A DNA stretch of 64,000 nt from Octopus sinensis (GCF_006345805.1 NC_043003.1:68138001-68202000), one strand, 5' to 3'; positions 49,101 to 63,960 are shown, numbered from the stretch's first letter. Program-made: numbers and translations. The notes: generated by a model not told the origin, from the sequence alone.

Positions 49101-50190
49101 ATCTCTGCCTTGTTTCTACACATGATATTACAAGTATTTTGACCTAAGCATTTAATCTCTGGGCCTGTCTACTTCACAAATGCAGTAGAACATGGTTTCT
49201 AACATTGTACAGTCATTAGACGCGTCAGTGTATGTGAGGGAATATTTTCTGATTCTCGCCCACTTATGTATAGGAGACGTCATTTTGTCATTACGTTTAT
49301 GGGGAACAACTTAAAGAAAAATCTAAAATGTGAAGAATGTTAAGAATGCAGACGATTGCAAGTTAGGGAAAAAAAAAGGATGCACATTTGGGGAAACAAG
49401 AACTTTTTAAGAGAAAAGAGATTGCATGAGATAAATTGAATGCAAGAAACACTGTGAGAAAGAAAGAAATCTGGAGAAGCACTATTGAGAATCAGAACTT
49501 GCAATGGACAAATAATGAGTTAGAAGGAGGAGAAAGAGAGAAGAGAGCTTAATGATATAACTAGAATGTTAAGTATGGGAGATAACAAAAAAAAAGCAAA
49601 TGGCAATTCAAACCCAAAACGACATAGATGTCGAAAGAGGTTAGTAAAGAAGCTTTATGAATGAAAAAGACATCTATTTTTTCAGGCTTGTGCAATAAAG
49701 AGTGGATTGTGCGAATGACTTCAAGTAGTCTTTAAAATTATGGAACAAATCTTGTGAAACTTCAATCTGTGTTTTTAATGTGATTCTTTTTAAATTTATT
49801 TTATATACTGAGCGCATGATGTATGTTTGAATTACATTCTACACCATTCCACTAAATAAATTTGTACTAGCTTCCTCATATTTGTCGATAAATTATTCGA
49901 TAGAGTTCACAGGTCCAAGTCAAACTAATGCAGATTTATCAATTGGAATAGCAATCTATGAGTTTGCCTGGTACTAAAGTTCAGCAATTTCAATATCTGA
50001 TTTCATAAAATTTAACTACTTGATGCACTTGAAGAACACAAGTGCTCAATCGATAAATAATTAAATTTACTCAACATACAACGAAACGGTTTCTAAGTTC
50101 AGTACGTTATCATTTGCGTTTATAAGCATACGCAGGGTCGAGGTTATTTAACGGGTATGTGGCTACACACACACACACACACACACACAT

Positions 50191-50224
<34 letters not shown>

Positions 50225-50906
50225 CTAACAAAGCTTACTTTATGTAAAATAAAGTTCGCATAAGTGTACCAATTACTTTTTCAATAAACTGACTTGGAAT
50301 GTGATTTTATAAAAAAGAAAAGAAGGCAACATCAATTCAAATCCGAGAAAATAGAAAATTAGGAGTTTCAGAGAGAATTATAAAGGCGCTCTGTGAATGA
50401 AAAAAACTATATTCTTCTTTAAAGTTTGAACAATAAAGAACGGAATGTTGGAATAAGCTCAAGTATTCATGAAAATTCAGGGATTAATTAAATACGTTTA
50501 TTATGCTCAAAAAGTTTGTTTGTTTTTTTGTAAAACGTCATAGGTCATAAGGCATACCATTTGTTCGGACGTAATGAAATGCCTCTAGAGGGATTCCTCC
50601 GACGTGTACCAGTGAATACGATAAGAATCATGCAAAATATTGAGTTTGTAGCTTTTTTTCCCGATAAATTTCATAGATGCATCGCGAGTTTTAGACTCTG
50701 AAAAAAACTCAGAAGTAAATTCCTAAAATATATTAATGTAAAAATAAGACGTATGTGCACTCAAGATATCTAAATGTAAACGATGTAATGCTGATCGGTG
50801 GGTGACTGCACGAAAATTATTCAAGATAATACAGCGAACAATTAAAATGGGCAGATCGATGGATGGAATGCAGTGGAACTTGGAACATCACGTTAAATGA
50901 GCGCTT

Positions 50907-51015
<109 letters not shown>

Positions 51016-51489
51016 TTGGTACTTTAAGTCTCAAAGCGTGATGCTAATCCTCAGCCATTGGAAATTTGAATCAAACTGTTTAGATCCATATATGTAACTC
51101 CCAATAAATGTCTTGAGGTTATTACAACCATATCTCCTCAACATAGGCCAGCGACACACATCAATAGCGGGCCTCATATGAAGTATAAAAGAAGGTAAAA
51201 AAGGAAATACAATGGTCAATAAAAAATGCACACCGATATAATATATTATGCGACGTATGTGACTGTGCCTTAAGGAAGGCTTCTGCATTCTGTTAAGTAA
51301 CGAAAATGTGGTAAACAATCTTTATGAGAAAATCCCAAGATATTGTCACTGTACCAAATTTACATTTTCCAGATACAACACAGTAGAATAGCAATAATGA
51401 TTCAGTGAACTATCTCCCTCTCCCCATCGCACCTATCCATGTGTGCATGTGTGTGGTTGTATTTCTATATGTAAGTATGCCTGCCTTTC

Positions 51490-53500
51490 CGCGTACTTAG
51501 AGAGTTACGACGTCCTCTTGTGAGAAATAGTTTGGACCGAGAAATCATGAATAGTAGCGTTAGGAGTGATGCTTGTGTTAGTTTTTGTTAGTTCGAGTTG
51601 AGGTGACAGTCAAGTCGGAAGGTGATGGTTGGTTAGTTCGTTTGGAATATTGATTGTTGGTTCGTGAATAGATTGTTAAATCGTTACGTTGTTATTACGG
51701 TTGCATCGTTACCTTGTTTACTGTTACTACACTGGTACAGTGTATCTAAACTATCACTTTCAATAACGTGGCAGTACCACGATATATGGAGACGGAAGAT
51801 ACATCTGATGACAAGGGTTTCGACGCTCACGTAAGATATTTAACAATTTGTTCGTGATAGAACTTGTTAAGTGATGGAAGGCTTATTAGTTTCTAAAATT
51901 CACCTTCAAAAACAACAACAACAACAGAAACAGGAGTTGCGGAAGAAACTAGTACAGCAATTATTACAACAACAATTATTGGAGTTATACGCAAAGAAGT
52001 CCGAAAATGCGGTAAGTTCGTTTTTGTCAGATGGCGTAACTCCATTAGAGAATTCAGTTTTAACGCAGAGGAGAGTATAAATTTGGCAGCGTACTACAGA
52101 AAGTACGACAAGTAAAATTGAAAAACATGTTCGGGCAGAGAAACGTTAAGGATGTTATCATGTAAATTAGCTCCGACTGAGCATGAATGATACTGTAATT
52201 TCATATTGACCCAAAAGTCGAGTGAAAATTGTTTTCAGAAAACAATCAAATTACTGTTTAATATGTTCGCTGATAAGACTTCTCTATTTAACATTCGAAT
52301 GGAGTATTGGAAAAAAAAAGGATGGTGATTTACTACGTATGCAGGAATGAGTGAAAATTTTAAACTAAAAGGGCTCCTGTACAAGGCCTTACTGCAAATG
52401 AAGATACAGAAATACGGACAGGAATTCATTTAAAACTGGAACAAGTGATCCAAGATTTAACCCTGCAGATTGTTGCAGAGGAGTGTCAAAGGATGAACCA
52501 GAACCACGACATAAAGAAAATTCAAGAAAATTTTTTCGTAAAAATACAGATATGTCGATCGTGAAAGTATAACCAAAAAAGACTGCTCGGTCCTATTCCA
52601 TGTTAGGAATGTAGAGGCCTACATTTCAGAAAAGATTGTCCTTTTAAAAACCAAAAATGTTACAGTTGGCAAAAATTTGGACACAAGTGTTCACACTGAA
52701 GAACAAAAGTACGGAAGTCAAATGCAAAATATTCTAAAATGCTCTCAGCAGAAAGTAAAATCGAATCCCTATGTTGAGAAAATCAGCGAAAACTGCACGT
52801 TGCATGACGGGTGACAGATTACACTTTGTAGGCGAAATGTAGAATGGAGTCACATTTCGAGAAAGAACTTGCAAGGCGAAGGTTTTCTTCCTAAAGAACC
52901 CAACCAGTCTGTTGGGTATCGACTGGTTGGAGTTATTTGATTTATGGGAACCCCAAATATGTCGGTAGTGTAAAAAATCAAATGGTTACCCCACCAGTGA
53001 AAAGAACTCAGCAGCTGAATGAAAGAAACAAAGTAACTAAAAATATTATGCATAAGGTTATTCACGAACTGCCAGTGAGCGCGCATGATTTAAACATGAA
53101 ATCCGCAGAGGATAATTACATTACAAGAATGAAAGAAATGTTGAAATATAAGTAGAATAAAAATACAAATTCGGATAACTTTTCATTATGTGACGTTGTT
53201 TTAATGTACGGGAAAAGAGTGGTAGTACCAAGTGCACTACTGAAACAAGTATTTCAGTGGAAAATCAGTAATGTCAAAAATTAAAGCCTTAATGAGGAGC
53301 TATGTATATTGGCCGACAATGGACCAACACATTGAAAATTGTGTAAAATCATGTAGTGGTTGAGGGCTAGCAATCAGGCTATATATCGATTACGCTTGAC
53401 CGTTGAACGCTTCATACTACCTAATCGTTGTTGATTGCGGTACAAAGTGGCCAGATGTTTGCATGTGCAATAAACCAATCGTATCCTACTATTTGGCAAA
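51490..53500 (+). mobile_element. Second Ty3/Gypsy relic related to the 7953 element (5' LTR, gag, protease and integrase remnants; no 3' LTR seen)
   Basis: LTR-like 51490-51803 shares TTGGAA(A)TATTGATTG with the first LTRs. Leader and gag are similar. Remnants YGKRVVVPSALL, MRSYVYWPTMDQHIE and LIVVDCGTKWP. Confidence 0.8.
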
Positions 53501-53998
53501 TAGTAGGATACAGTCTCTAAGACAATATAATCCCCCTTCCACTTTAATTTCCTCAGGAATAACTTCTGACATTTATTTCACCCCTACCTATTTCTATAAA
53601 TAGAAAATCTCTTGTGCCCCCATTCAACAGAATATCCCTTCCCACTTTCTAGCAGATCAAAATAACTTAAAGAAAGTTCTTCAGTCAGAAGATAAATTCT
53701 AATGCTTTAATTTTCTTAACATTCAAATCAACATCTCTGTCTGTAAGTCTGCCCTCTTTATAATGTTATCAATTAGCATCAAAATAAGTATATGTATTTT
53801 GGAAAACCTCTATAAATGTCTGATGATTGCTCAACATTTTAAAACTGTTGTAATACTTACAATGTTTAATAAAATGATGTAGCGTGAAACGATCGTACCA
53901 AATTACCGAAGATATTCTTCTTGCTTATTTTGATTATAATCACCCCATGGATTTGTATGGATAACACCATACAAAATTCTGGTGCATCATTTGAATCA

Positions 53999-54042
<44 letters not shown>

Positions 54043-54044
54043 GA

Positions 54045-54192
54045 TCAACATCAACAATCAAGGAACGGCCATAATAGGCCATTCACCCACTAGAAATAAC
54101 AGCCAAAGCTTCAAATTTGCGGTTGAAGCTTTGGCTGTTATTTCTAGTGGGTGAATGGCCTATTATGGCCGTTCCTTGATTGTTGATGTTGA
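54045..54192. repeat. Perfect inverted repeat, 70-bp arms and 8-nt spacer
   Basis: 54045-54114 is the exact reverse complement of 54123-54192 (checked base by base); spacer ATTTGCGG. Confidence 0.97.
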
Positions 54193-54333
54193 ACTTAAAA
54201 ATGGTCTATGACTATTTAATTTTTTCCCACTAGGCCGCTGGTGGCAAAAAAATTCTACAAAATTTTTTTTTTTGCCACCCTATATTGATTAATTATATAT
54301 ATATATGTATATACATATACGAATATACATATA

Positions 54334-54793
54334 CGAGGAGTGACATTGTAAATTGCATCATTTCACTAGTATTCGTTTGTCTTTTACGGCTGCTGAAGTA
54401 GACTAAAGTGTTATAATGCACTGATTTAAATACAGATCAGTGAACAGGTTCTTATACTTTAAAGGGTGTACGCTAAAACAGATGTTCGATGAGATCAAGG
54501 AAATATATGGTAACGCTGCACCATCATGACTTCCATCTCTTTCCAACCAAGAAGTCGTTTTTTAAAGGAAAGTGCTTTTTGGGTGATGATGAACTTATTT
54601 CTGAGGTAAAGTCTTGGCTCTAGGCGCAACCTACCGTCTTCTACAGACGAGTCTTCACAACTGCATAAAGCGGTGGATGAAGTGTGTCACAATTAGTGGT
54701 CGCTATGTAGAGAAAGACTAGTAATTATGCCAAGTTTGTTCATCTCAATGCATGGGAAGTGAATCACGGGAAAACTTTAATGAACATCCCTCG
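54334..54793 (+). mobile_element. Internally deleted mariner element (460 bp) with TA target duplication
   Basis: TA|CGAGG...CCTCG|TA termini. KQMFDEIKEIYGNAAPS is joined to DFHLFP...RWMKCV...GRYVEK. Confidence 0.85.
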
Positions 54794-55031
54794 TAGACAT
54801 AGATATAGATATAGATATAAATATATAGTATTGTATGATCAGCTGGATATGCAATGGAAAAGCTAAACGGTGAAACAGAAACGGAGAGACATTAAGGCAG
54901 ATCGATAGATAGATAGACAGGTAGATAGACATACAGATAGACAGAAAGTCAGATAGATACATACATACATACATTATACATACATACATACATGGAAACA
55001 TAAATACATACCTATATAGACAGATTGATAA

Positions 55032-55071
<40 letters not shown>

Positions 55072-55345
55072 ATACATGCATACATACGTATGTACGTACA
55101 TACAAACATACACACACATATGCATACATACATACATACATACATACATACATCATTATAAATCGAATCCATCACTGGAACTGTAAAAACCTGTAAAACG
55201 TTCCAGAAGTTTATCATTTAAATATATATGAGCGTGTCTAGATATGCAACTATATGCATAAGAATACGTACATAAAACAAAACGTACAAATATGGACATA
55301 TACTATACATACATACATACATACATACATACATACATACATACA

Positions 55346-55379
<34 letters not shown>

Positions 55380-56058
55380 CATACACACATACATACATAC
55401 ATACATAGATTCATGCATATATACCTTGATGATGATGTTGAAATTCCAATAAAAGAATCTTGGTTGGAAACCGGCTCTTTCGCAATTGGCAATAATTCCT
55501 GAAATAAACTAAATAATGATATACATATATACATACATACATAGATACATAGACAAATGTTGAAAAAGTATACCTCAACTCATTGTGTGAGATGATTAAT
55601 CGATACACTTATATAACGGATATTCGTCAATTAAATAATATATTGAATATTATCGATTACGAAAGACTAATTAACACGATGCGATAAGATATATTCTTCT
55701 TTGTGTGAACAAATCAAATCATGCAGACCGACACCTGGAATAAAAGTGTTTGCTACCCACGCGCGCGCACTCACAGACACACACTCAAACACACGTACAC
55801 ACGCACTTATAGATGGTTGCATATATATATTCGTGTAAATATGTGTGTACATGTATATATACGCATATACGTATATACGCATAATACATGTACATGTATA
55901 ATATACGCGTATATATTTGGATATATACATACACATATGTCGATTCTTCTACATATCTTTCTACCAATAGACAGACACACAGACACACACACACACACAC
56001 AGACAGATAGTTAGTTATATATATATATAGATAGATAGTTAGATAGATAGATAGATAA

Positions 56059-56152
<94 letters not shown>

Positions 56153-56349
56153 TGAATGATAGAGGATTCCCTGATTATTTCCAGTGAAAGAGTTCTTTAT
56201 CACGTTTTTGAAAATAATTGCAAAATGTAGAGTTTTTAAATAACATGAATATTTCATATCCTGCATGAGAACTAAATTAAAAGTAACTTTGTTATTTGAA
56301 TCTGGTACGCGTTAAAAAAAACGCACGCATACACACACACATATATCTG

Positions 56350-56465
<116 letters not shown>

Positions 56466-56544
56466 AATGTGTGTCTGTGTGTGTGCGTGTGTGTGTATGC
56501 GCGCGTGTGTGTGTGTTTGTAGACCGGAGTAAGCACAGCTTTGA

Positions 56545-57370
56545 TTATTTCTGTTCTATTTTAACAAAACCTGTCCGACGTACGCGAACGTGAAACTCTA
56601 AGTAACATTTCTAGGCAATTCTTAATCCAGCTATGTAGTAGGCTATCAAAAGCTTTTTTATAGTCTATCCAGGCTATTGACAAGTTTTTGTGTCGTTTGT
56701 GACAATCTTCTAAGATCATCTTATTGTTGAGTAGCTGATCTTTACAACCATAGGATCCACGTTTACATCCTTTTTGTTCATTAGGAAATATGCTGCTTTC
56801 TATTAAAAAACTATACGTATATTCAGTCAGGACAATTGTTAGCGTTTTATACATAGTTGTTAAGCAGGTTATGGTTCATTTGTTAAAACATTAACCAAGC
56901 AGGAATGTTAAACCATTAACTTGCGAAGAAGGCATCCTAATAGGATGTTGCAAAACATCGTTGTAATGCTCTGTTAGCAGTTCATGGCTCTCTGGGAAGG
57001 CATTCAACCAGAAGTTAGGAACTTTATCCTTTCCTGGAGACTTCCATTTCCTTGACCTCCTGAGAACAGATCTTACATCTTCTACCTTGACACCCTCTCA
57101 CTTTTGCTCCTCTAAGGAGTCCAAGTCTGCAGATGTTCTATCAATCCATCGGGCCTTTTCGTTGTGTGTTTTTTCTTTTGCCCAAATTTTATTCCCAAAT
57201 CCCTGCACTTTTTCTTTTGATGGTACAGACTTAATAGTAACTGGTGTTTTCCTGGGTTATTTTGAACATGTTGTTGTCCTTGAAGAATCTAACACGCCTT
57301 TCATACCTCGCTATACGGGCAGATTTAGCACATACCTTTTGCTTGATGATTTCTAAGGGGGTATCAATGT
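56545..57370 (-). mobile_element. R4/Dong-like LINE, RT-domain fragment
   Basis: EQKGCKRGSYGCKDQLL and AWIDYKKAFDSLLHSWI; the 5' side abuts (AAT)n. Confidence 0.85.
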
Positions 57371-57372
57371 TA

Positions 57373-57411
<39 letters not shown>

Positions 57412-57513
57412 TTTTTTTTTTTTTAATTATTATTATTATTATTTTTTTATTATTGTTATTATTATTATTATTACTAGTAGTAGTTATAGTAATAGTAGTA
57501 GTAGTAATAGTAA

Positions 57514-57553
<40 letters not shown>

Positions 57554-57608
57554 GGTGGTGGTGATGGTGGTGGTGGTGGTGGTGGTGGTGGTGGTGGTGG
57601 TGGTGATT

Positions 57609-57644
<36 letters not shown>

Positions 57645-57645
57645 T

Positions 57646-57688
<43 letters not shown>

Positions 57689-58766
57689 TGTTGTAGTTGC
57701 TGTTGTTGTAGTAGCCAAATTACTCATATAGATTTCATACAAACCGTAACATGTACTTGAAAGGATAATCTCCCGTTCCACCATTTTTGATGATTATATA
57801 CATGCTTCTCTGTAAGCATGTATGTACGTATGTATACATGGATATATGTATGTATATATGTATTATATGTATTATATGCATGAATGTATATATATATATG
57901 TATATATGTATACATGTGAGTATGTATGTATGTTTGTATGTATGTTATTATTCAATTTATTTCAAGATCTCTTGCTAATAGAGAAACAAGCAGTTTCTAA
58001 CCTGGATCCAAGGCTCCTTCATTGGAATTTCAACATCAACAACACGATACTTTTCTTTGTTTGTATGTATGTACTCTCGTAAATATAGTTGCATGTGTGT
58101 ATGTATATGCAGATGTGCATGATTCATATATGTATTCTCATACATATAGTTGCATGTGTGTGTATGTATGTATGTACTTACGTTTAAGCAGATTTGTATG
58201 TTTTCTGTATGTATTCTCATGCATATAGTTGCATATGTAGACTCCTCATACATATTTAAATAATAAACTTCTGTATGTGTGTATGTATGCATGTATGTAT
58301 TGTATGTATGTACGTAGCAGGAGATTCGGCGGTGAGTATGTTGATAAGTGACTGCACATTTTTAATAAAGAATATTTCGTAATCATGGCATATTCAGATA
58401 AAAAGCACACTGTTTGATGTCTCTTGCAAAGTAGCTTTCATGTACGGAATTAATTGTTTCCTATAACTTTACACCAAGCTGATTTCTAATATACTGTTTC
58501 AGATACCCGATCAAACGTAATGGTATATTATCGTCGTGATTTACTTGGGCAAATATCATTTCTGTAAAACAACTATATTTATGCGAACAGATTTAATTAA
58601 ATGTAAGAAAAAGAAACATTTTTTTTTGTTTCAGGCGATTATTTAGCTTACTCTCTTAGCTTTTATTCTTAAACTGTAGCAAAAATTTATTAGTAGCTGG
58701 GGAATCACTTTCACTGTCTTTGTCTCTCGCACTCTCCAACAATATCTCTGTTTCTGTCTCGTGCTG

Positions 58767-58857
<91 letters not shown>

Positions 58858-59512
58858 ATCTATCTCTGTATGTCTCTCTCTATCTATATATCTGTCTCTC
58901 TTTCTCTATCTATCTATCTATCTCTGTTTCTGTCTCTGTTCTCTCTCTCTAATGTAATATGTGGAAACAGGAGTGCCTAAGGGAACCTACTATTCCGATT
59001 ATCAGAACTACAATACACGCGGAAGAAAAGGCATTTATAAAGCATTGTCATGAGCGTCACATTGTTATACTGCATTTGAATCATCGGAATTCTAAACTCT
59101 AATATTTCGCCCATTCAGAAGAACGTAGTAATGTTTCGGATACACCGCCATAAACATAAATCATTGCTTCTGGGATCTCCCAATAGTAAATAATCGTACA
59201 TAAAATTCACTACTAATAATGAAATGTTCCAAAGGAGCAAGCCAGCAACTGTGGATGTTTACCCTTGCTATTAATTAATTCATTCGGCAAACATATATGT
59301 TATGGACACAAGTTTTCTGACCCAAATCCGTTTATTTCCCAGTATGAAAAGACTGCTGTGGATATGTAGTTCCTGTCTTCTGTTTTGTTTTATATTTCCA
59401 GGAGTATAAGTATTCTCGATGAGATGTTGCACAATCTAAGCCTTTCTTTTGTAATTCTGTATTTTCGTGGTTGATGTTAACTATGAGATAACATTATTAC
59501 AAGCCACTTTAA

Positions 59513-59880
59513 GGCGGCCAGCTGACAGAAACTTTAGAGCGCCAGGCAAAATGCGTAGCGATTCTTCACCCGTCTATACGTTCTGACTTCAAATTCCGCC
59601 GAGGTTGACTTCACCCTTCATCCATTCGGGGTCGATTAAATAAGTACGTACTGGGCTTGACGTAATAATCCCTTCCCCAAAATATCAGAGCCTTGTGCTT
59701 CCAGTAGAAAAGATTATTACAAGCCGCTTAAGTTGTCGAGTTGGCAGAATCGTTACCATGCCGGGCAAAACACTAGTGATGTTTCGGCCGTCTGTTCGTT
59801 CTCAGTTCAAGTTCTACCGACGTCAATTTTTGCTTTTACTCTTTTCTGTGTCGATAAAATGAATACCAGTTAAACATTGG
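59513..59880 (+). mobile_element. Two SINE family M copies in tandem
   Basis: ATTATTACAAGCC at 59493-59505 and 59713-59725 precedes each head. Confidence 0.8.
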
Positions 59881-61307
59881 TACAAATCTATTGCCTTTGT
59901 GTGAATTCTACCTCTGCATTGTTGCTTCATAATCCTTGACGGTACACTTGCAAATATATTTGAGCAATTTCATTTATTTCAGAAATTAAAAATTGATCTG
60001 TGCCTGAAATAACATCGTCAGAAAAGATCGGCAGTCAACTGTTTCCTTGTGCTAATTTCGTGCCAAAGAAGCATGCTTTAGAAGCTTTCTACTGTTGCAG
60101 ATATTTTTTAACACTGCCATAGTGTTCATCCTGCAATAACCCGGATGATCCGCATATATAGTGGAATATAATTAGTTAAATGAATTTTATTCGGAAGCCT
60201 AATCAAAAAGGATGCATTTGGCAAGAGCCCTTCGCCTGTGGTATTTCTGATGTAAACAACATTTGATTAATTTCTGGTAAAGGATGCTGAAATTGTTCGT
60301 GGTTGAACTTGTATCGACTTCAAGTTTATTTTCCGCTTTCGTTAATCAGAATTAGCGATTATGTCGAAAAGTCGATAAAAACAAGGATTTTGCTTCCGAT
60401 TTTTATCGAATGAGAAGCAGAAAAGGAGGAAGAGGGAGAAGGAGTAGGAGATACAGAAAGAGAAATTAAAGTGGCTGGAAAGAGAAGATAATAACTATAA
60501 AGAAAATGGCAATAGATAATGCCAACGAAAGGAGAAGGAGAGAAATGGTAAGCTTTGAATAAAAAGATAATAAAACAAAAGCATTTAGCAATATGAAAGA
60601 AGCGAAATCGATGGCGATAGATATATGCAAAAGCTTACAAGTAGGGGAAGCTGGTTATTTACACACAAATCATCCAGAAGCAGATATAGCAATATGGCCG
60701 TGTGCATGTTTACGTGTAATGTTTAGTAAATGTAAATAAAGTTTGTTTCTCAAACGGGACAAAGATAAATCTTTTCCGTAAGACTGAAATTATTTTGATT
60801 TCATAACTTGCATGAGTATGTCAGGGACTTAGAGATCCGTAACATAACATGTTCCAGACAGCGCTTCAAACAGTCAGGGTATTCTGAGAGATCTATTTTG
60901 GGTTTGATATGGAAGAAACTGAATATTCTAAAAGTAACTTTCATTACATTTGAATAACAATACAGGAACTTCTCCACTTGCTGATATATCCGGTTACGAG
61001 GTGAAATGATATTTGTGTCTATGTACGTATACAATCACAAACACATATACATATAGACATACATGCGTAGACACATACACACACATAGACAAACACACGC
61101 ACACACACATACATACATATATATATATATATGTATGTATGTATGTATGAACGTATGGATATGTATATACATATATAGATTTTCATGTATGTCAGCATGT
61201 GTAACAGAGCATGTATACATGTCTTAAAGTCTAAAATTTTCTCTCTGTCGAAATCTCCATCTCTTTCGGTCTTTCGATATGGGTGTGTATGTGTGTGCAT
61301 GTCTGTC

Positions 61308-61341
<34 letters not shown>

Positions 61342-61661
61342 CGTATGAGCGTAGCTGTTTATACACATTCGTACGTGTGAATGCTTATCTCCACTTGTAC
61401 ATGTTTTTGCGTATGTACCTATGCGCGCAAAGTTGCAAATTGTTTGAATTCTTATCGCTTTGGATATATTCTCTCAGAATGGTTGGTCCGAAAATTTGTG
61501 TTCAAATTCCGTCGGGGTCTAAACTTTCGTTAGAGTCGGTAAATCAACCAGCAATCCTGTTTTCGTTTTGTTCTTAGGATACTAACTTAGTTCCGCTTTT
61601 TGCCTGACTGCCCACTGCACTGTTTTTCATTCGCCTTTAATTTCGTTCGCATTTACTTGCA

Positions 61662-61710
<49 letters not shown>

Positions 61711-61713
<3 letters not shown>

Positions 61714-61793
61714 CTGTCTCTACGTCTCTCGCTGTATCTATCTATCTCTTTCAACTCACTTTATCTCTCACTATCTCTCTCTAAATATATATA

Positions 61794-61829
<36 letters not shown>

Positions 61830-62079
61830 CATATTTATACATATATGCATAAACCGATATATATATATACGTACACACACACACGCACACTCATATATAA
61901 ATATTTGTGTGCATGTGTGTGAACAGAGCATATACGTTCGCTCGCGCAGGACGTACGTACCCGTGTAGCTATATATATATATTATATATATATTTCTGTC
62001 TCTACGTCTCTCGCTGTATCTATCTATCTCTTTCAACTCACTTTATCTCTCACTATCTCTCTCTAAATATATATATATT

Positions 62080-62112
<33 letters not shown>

Positions 62113-62266
62113 TATATATATACATACATATTTATACATATATGCATAAACCGATATATATATATACGTACACACACACACGCACACTCATATATAAATA
62201 TTTGTGTGCATGTGTGTGAACAGAGCATATACGTTCGCTCGCGCAGGACGTACGTACCCGTGTAGC

Positions 62267-62267
<1 letters not shown>
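61711..62267. repeat. Tandem duplication, period about 282-297 bp, breakpoints in (TA)n
   Basis: TTTCTGTCTCTACGTC...CCGTGTAGCT at 61711-61970 and 61993-62267. Confidence 0.9.
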
Positions 62268-62323
<56 letters not shown>

Positions 62324-62410
62324 ACATGTGTGTGTATGTATATAAATGTATATATGTGCATGTAGATATGTTCACACATAGATATATATATGTGTGTTTG
62401 TGTGTAAGTG

Positions 62411-62504
<94 letters not shown>

Positions 62505-63097
62505 CATAGATAGATAGATTTGTGAGCAAATTGTCCAGATGAATGTATTGAATCCATTTTGTAACACTTGCACAGAACATTGAATTTATACAATGTTCGT
62601 ATATAAATGTCGGAGCTGACCAGCTGGTGATAAACGAGCATGGAAAGGGTTGTATTGTTTCGAGACTATCATGAACAACACTGCCTTTTGCTTGGGCAAT
62701 TAAATTTCTATCGGGTTAGTCCGCTCAATGGTTGTCGCTCCGTGTGCTGACAGCCCTGTTGATATGACGATTTATTTGTTGGTTAGCAATATCCGTTACT
62801 AATGTTCTCTTTGGAATACTACCCGCTTAAAGACTGGCATGCTTTTGGTAGGAAATTAAATCTCTAATCCACTAAAAGATAAGAATATTTTGAGAATGTC
62901 TACACGTCATGATAGTTATCTTTGTGATTCGGTTGACATGCATATTTTCATAGGCGTATTATTAATATACAAATGGGGTTTAGATGGGGAAAATGAGCTT
63001 TGATATACAAATAGCTTTCTAAATGGATCAATGTGAAATATGAATGTAGTATCAGAGAAAATAACACTATGGTAAGAGAACTTCTATAATTCCAATA

Positions 63098-63650
63098 AGG
63101 GTGAGTCAAAATGTAATGCTCTTTTGTTTAGGACAGGTATACTTACCAACACAGGAACATGTATCATACAATAAAATGAAGCTAGTCCTCTGCGGATCAC
63201 ATCCCTACTTCTCAACATAGCAATGTTTCCCTCAATAGCAAAGTTCCGCTTTCCAGTGAGAGCGTACATCCCTGCCCCGTAAAATTCTGTTGACTGTTCT
63301 TTGAGTCACTTCTTCACTACGGTTTTCACTTCCCCGTCACAGGAATAATGTTCACCTCTCGTGGCGCCGAAGAGATGATAGTCTGAAGGCGCTAAATTAT
63401 TCTAGTGACGAGGAAATGAAAACTGTAGTGAAGAAGAGGCTCATAGAACAGTGAACGGAATTTTACGGGGCAGGGATACCTGTTTTCATTGGAAGATGGA
63501 ACATTGCTATTGAGGGAAGCGGTGACTAAGTTGAGCAGTAGGGATGTGACTCGTAGAGGACCAGCTTTATTTTGATGTATGATACATGTTCCTGTGTTGG
63601 TAATTTTACCTGTCCTATACAAAATGGCATTACTTTTTGACTCACTCTCG
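63098..63650. mobile_element. Fold-back MITE built from two mariner 3' ends
   Basis: Arms 63098-63349 and 63396-63650 are diverged inverted repeats. The right arm reads YSSDEEMKTVVKK...EFYGAGI...RWNIAIE. Termini AGGGTGAGTCAAAA / TTTTGACTCACTCTCG|TA. Confidence 0.8.
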
Positions 63651-63814
63651 TAACAACAGTAACAATGATTTTGAAAATGCAAGCAGTAGCACAAGATACG
63701 TTGATATGGCACTCAGCTTTACAAATCACAAATGAAAAGTAATGTAGACAATTTTACGACGAAGATGCCAACTGTGATGCTCATGTTGATGATAACAATA
63801 ATCCTTTCAACTAT

Positions 63815-63960
63815 AGGCACAAGACCTGGAATTCCGGGGAGGAGATAGTCGACCCTAGTACAAAGCTGGTACTTATTTCATCGACGACAAAACAATGAAA
63901 GACCACGACAGCATTTGAACTCAGGATGCAAGGAATGGCGAAATACTGCAAAACTGAGCA
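63815..63960 (-). mobile_element. SINE family M relic
   Basis: CTGGTACTTATTTCATCGAC...ATTTGAACTCAGG. Confidence 0.55.

Noticed and set aside
57950-58050. Hammerhead in the repeat shared with 55420-55520 (CCAATGA...GAAAC)
   Set aside because: Two or more core mismatches and no convincing stem I or NUH triplet in either copy.
60801-61034. Minus-strand ORF ending DLSEYPDCLKRCLEHVMLR...
   Set aside because: Starts in a (TA/CA)n region; no recognisable domain.
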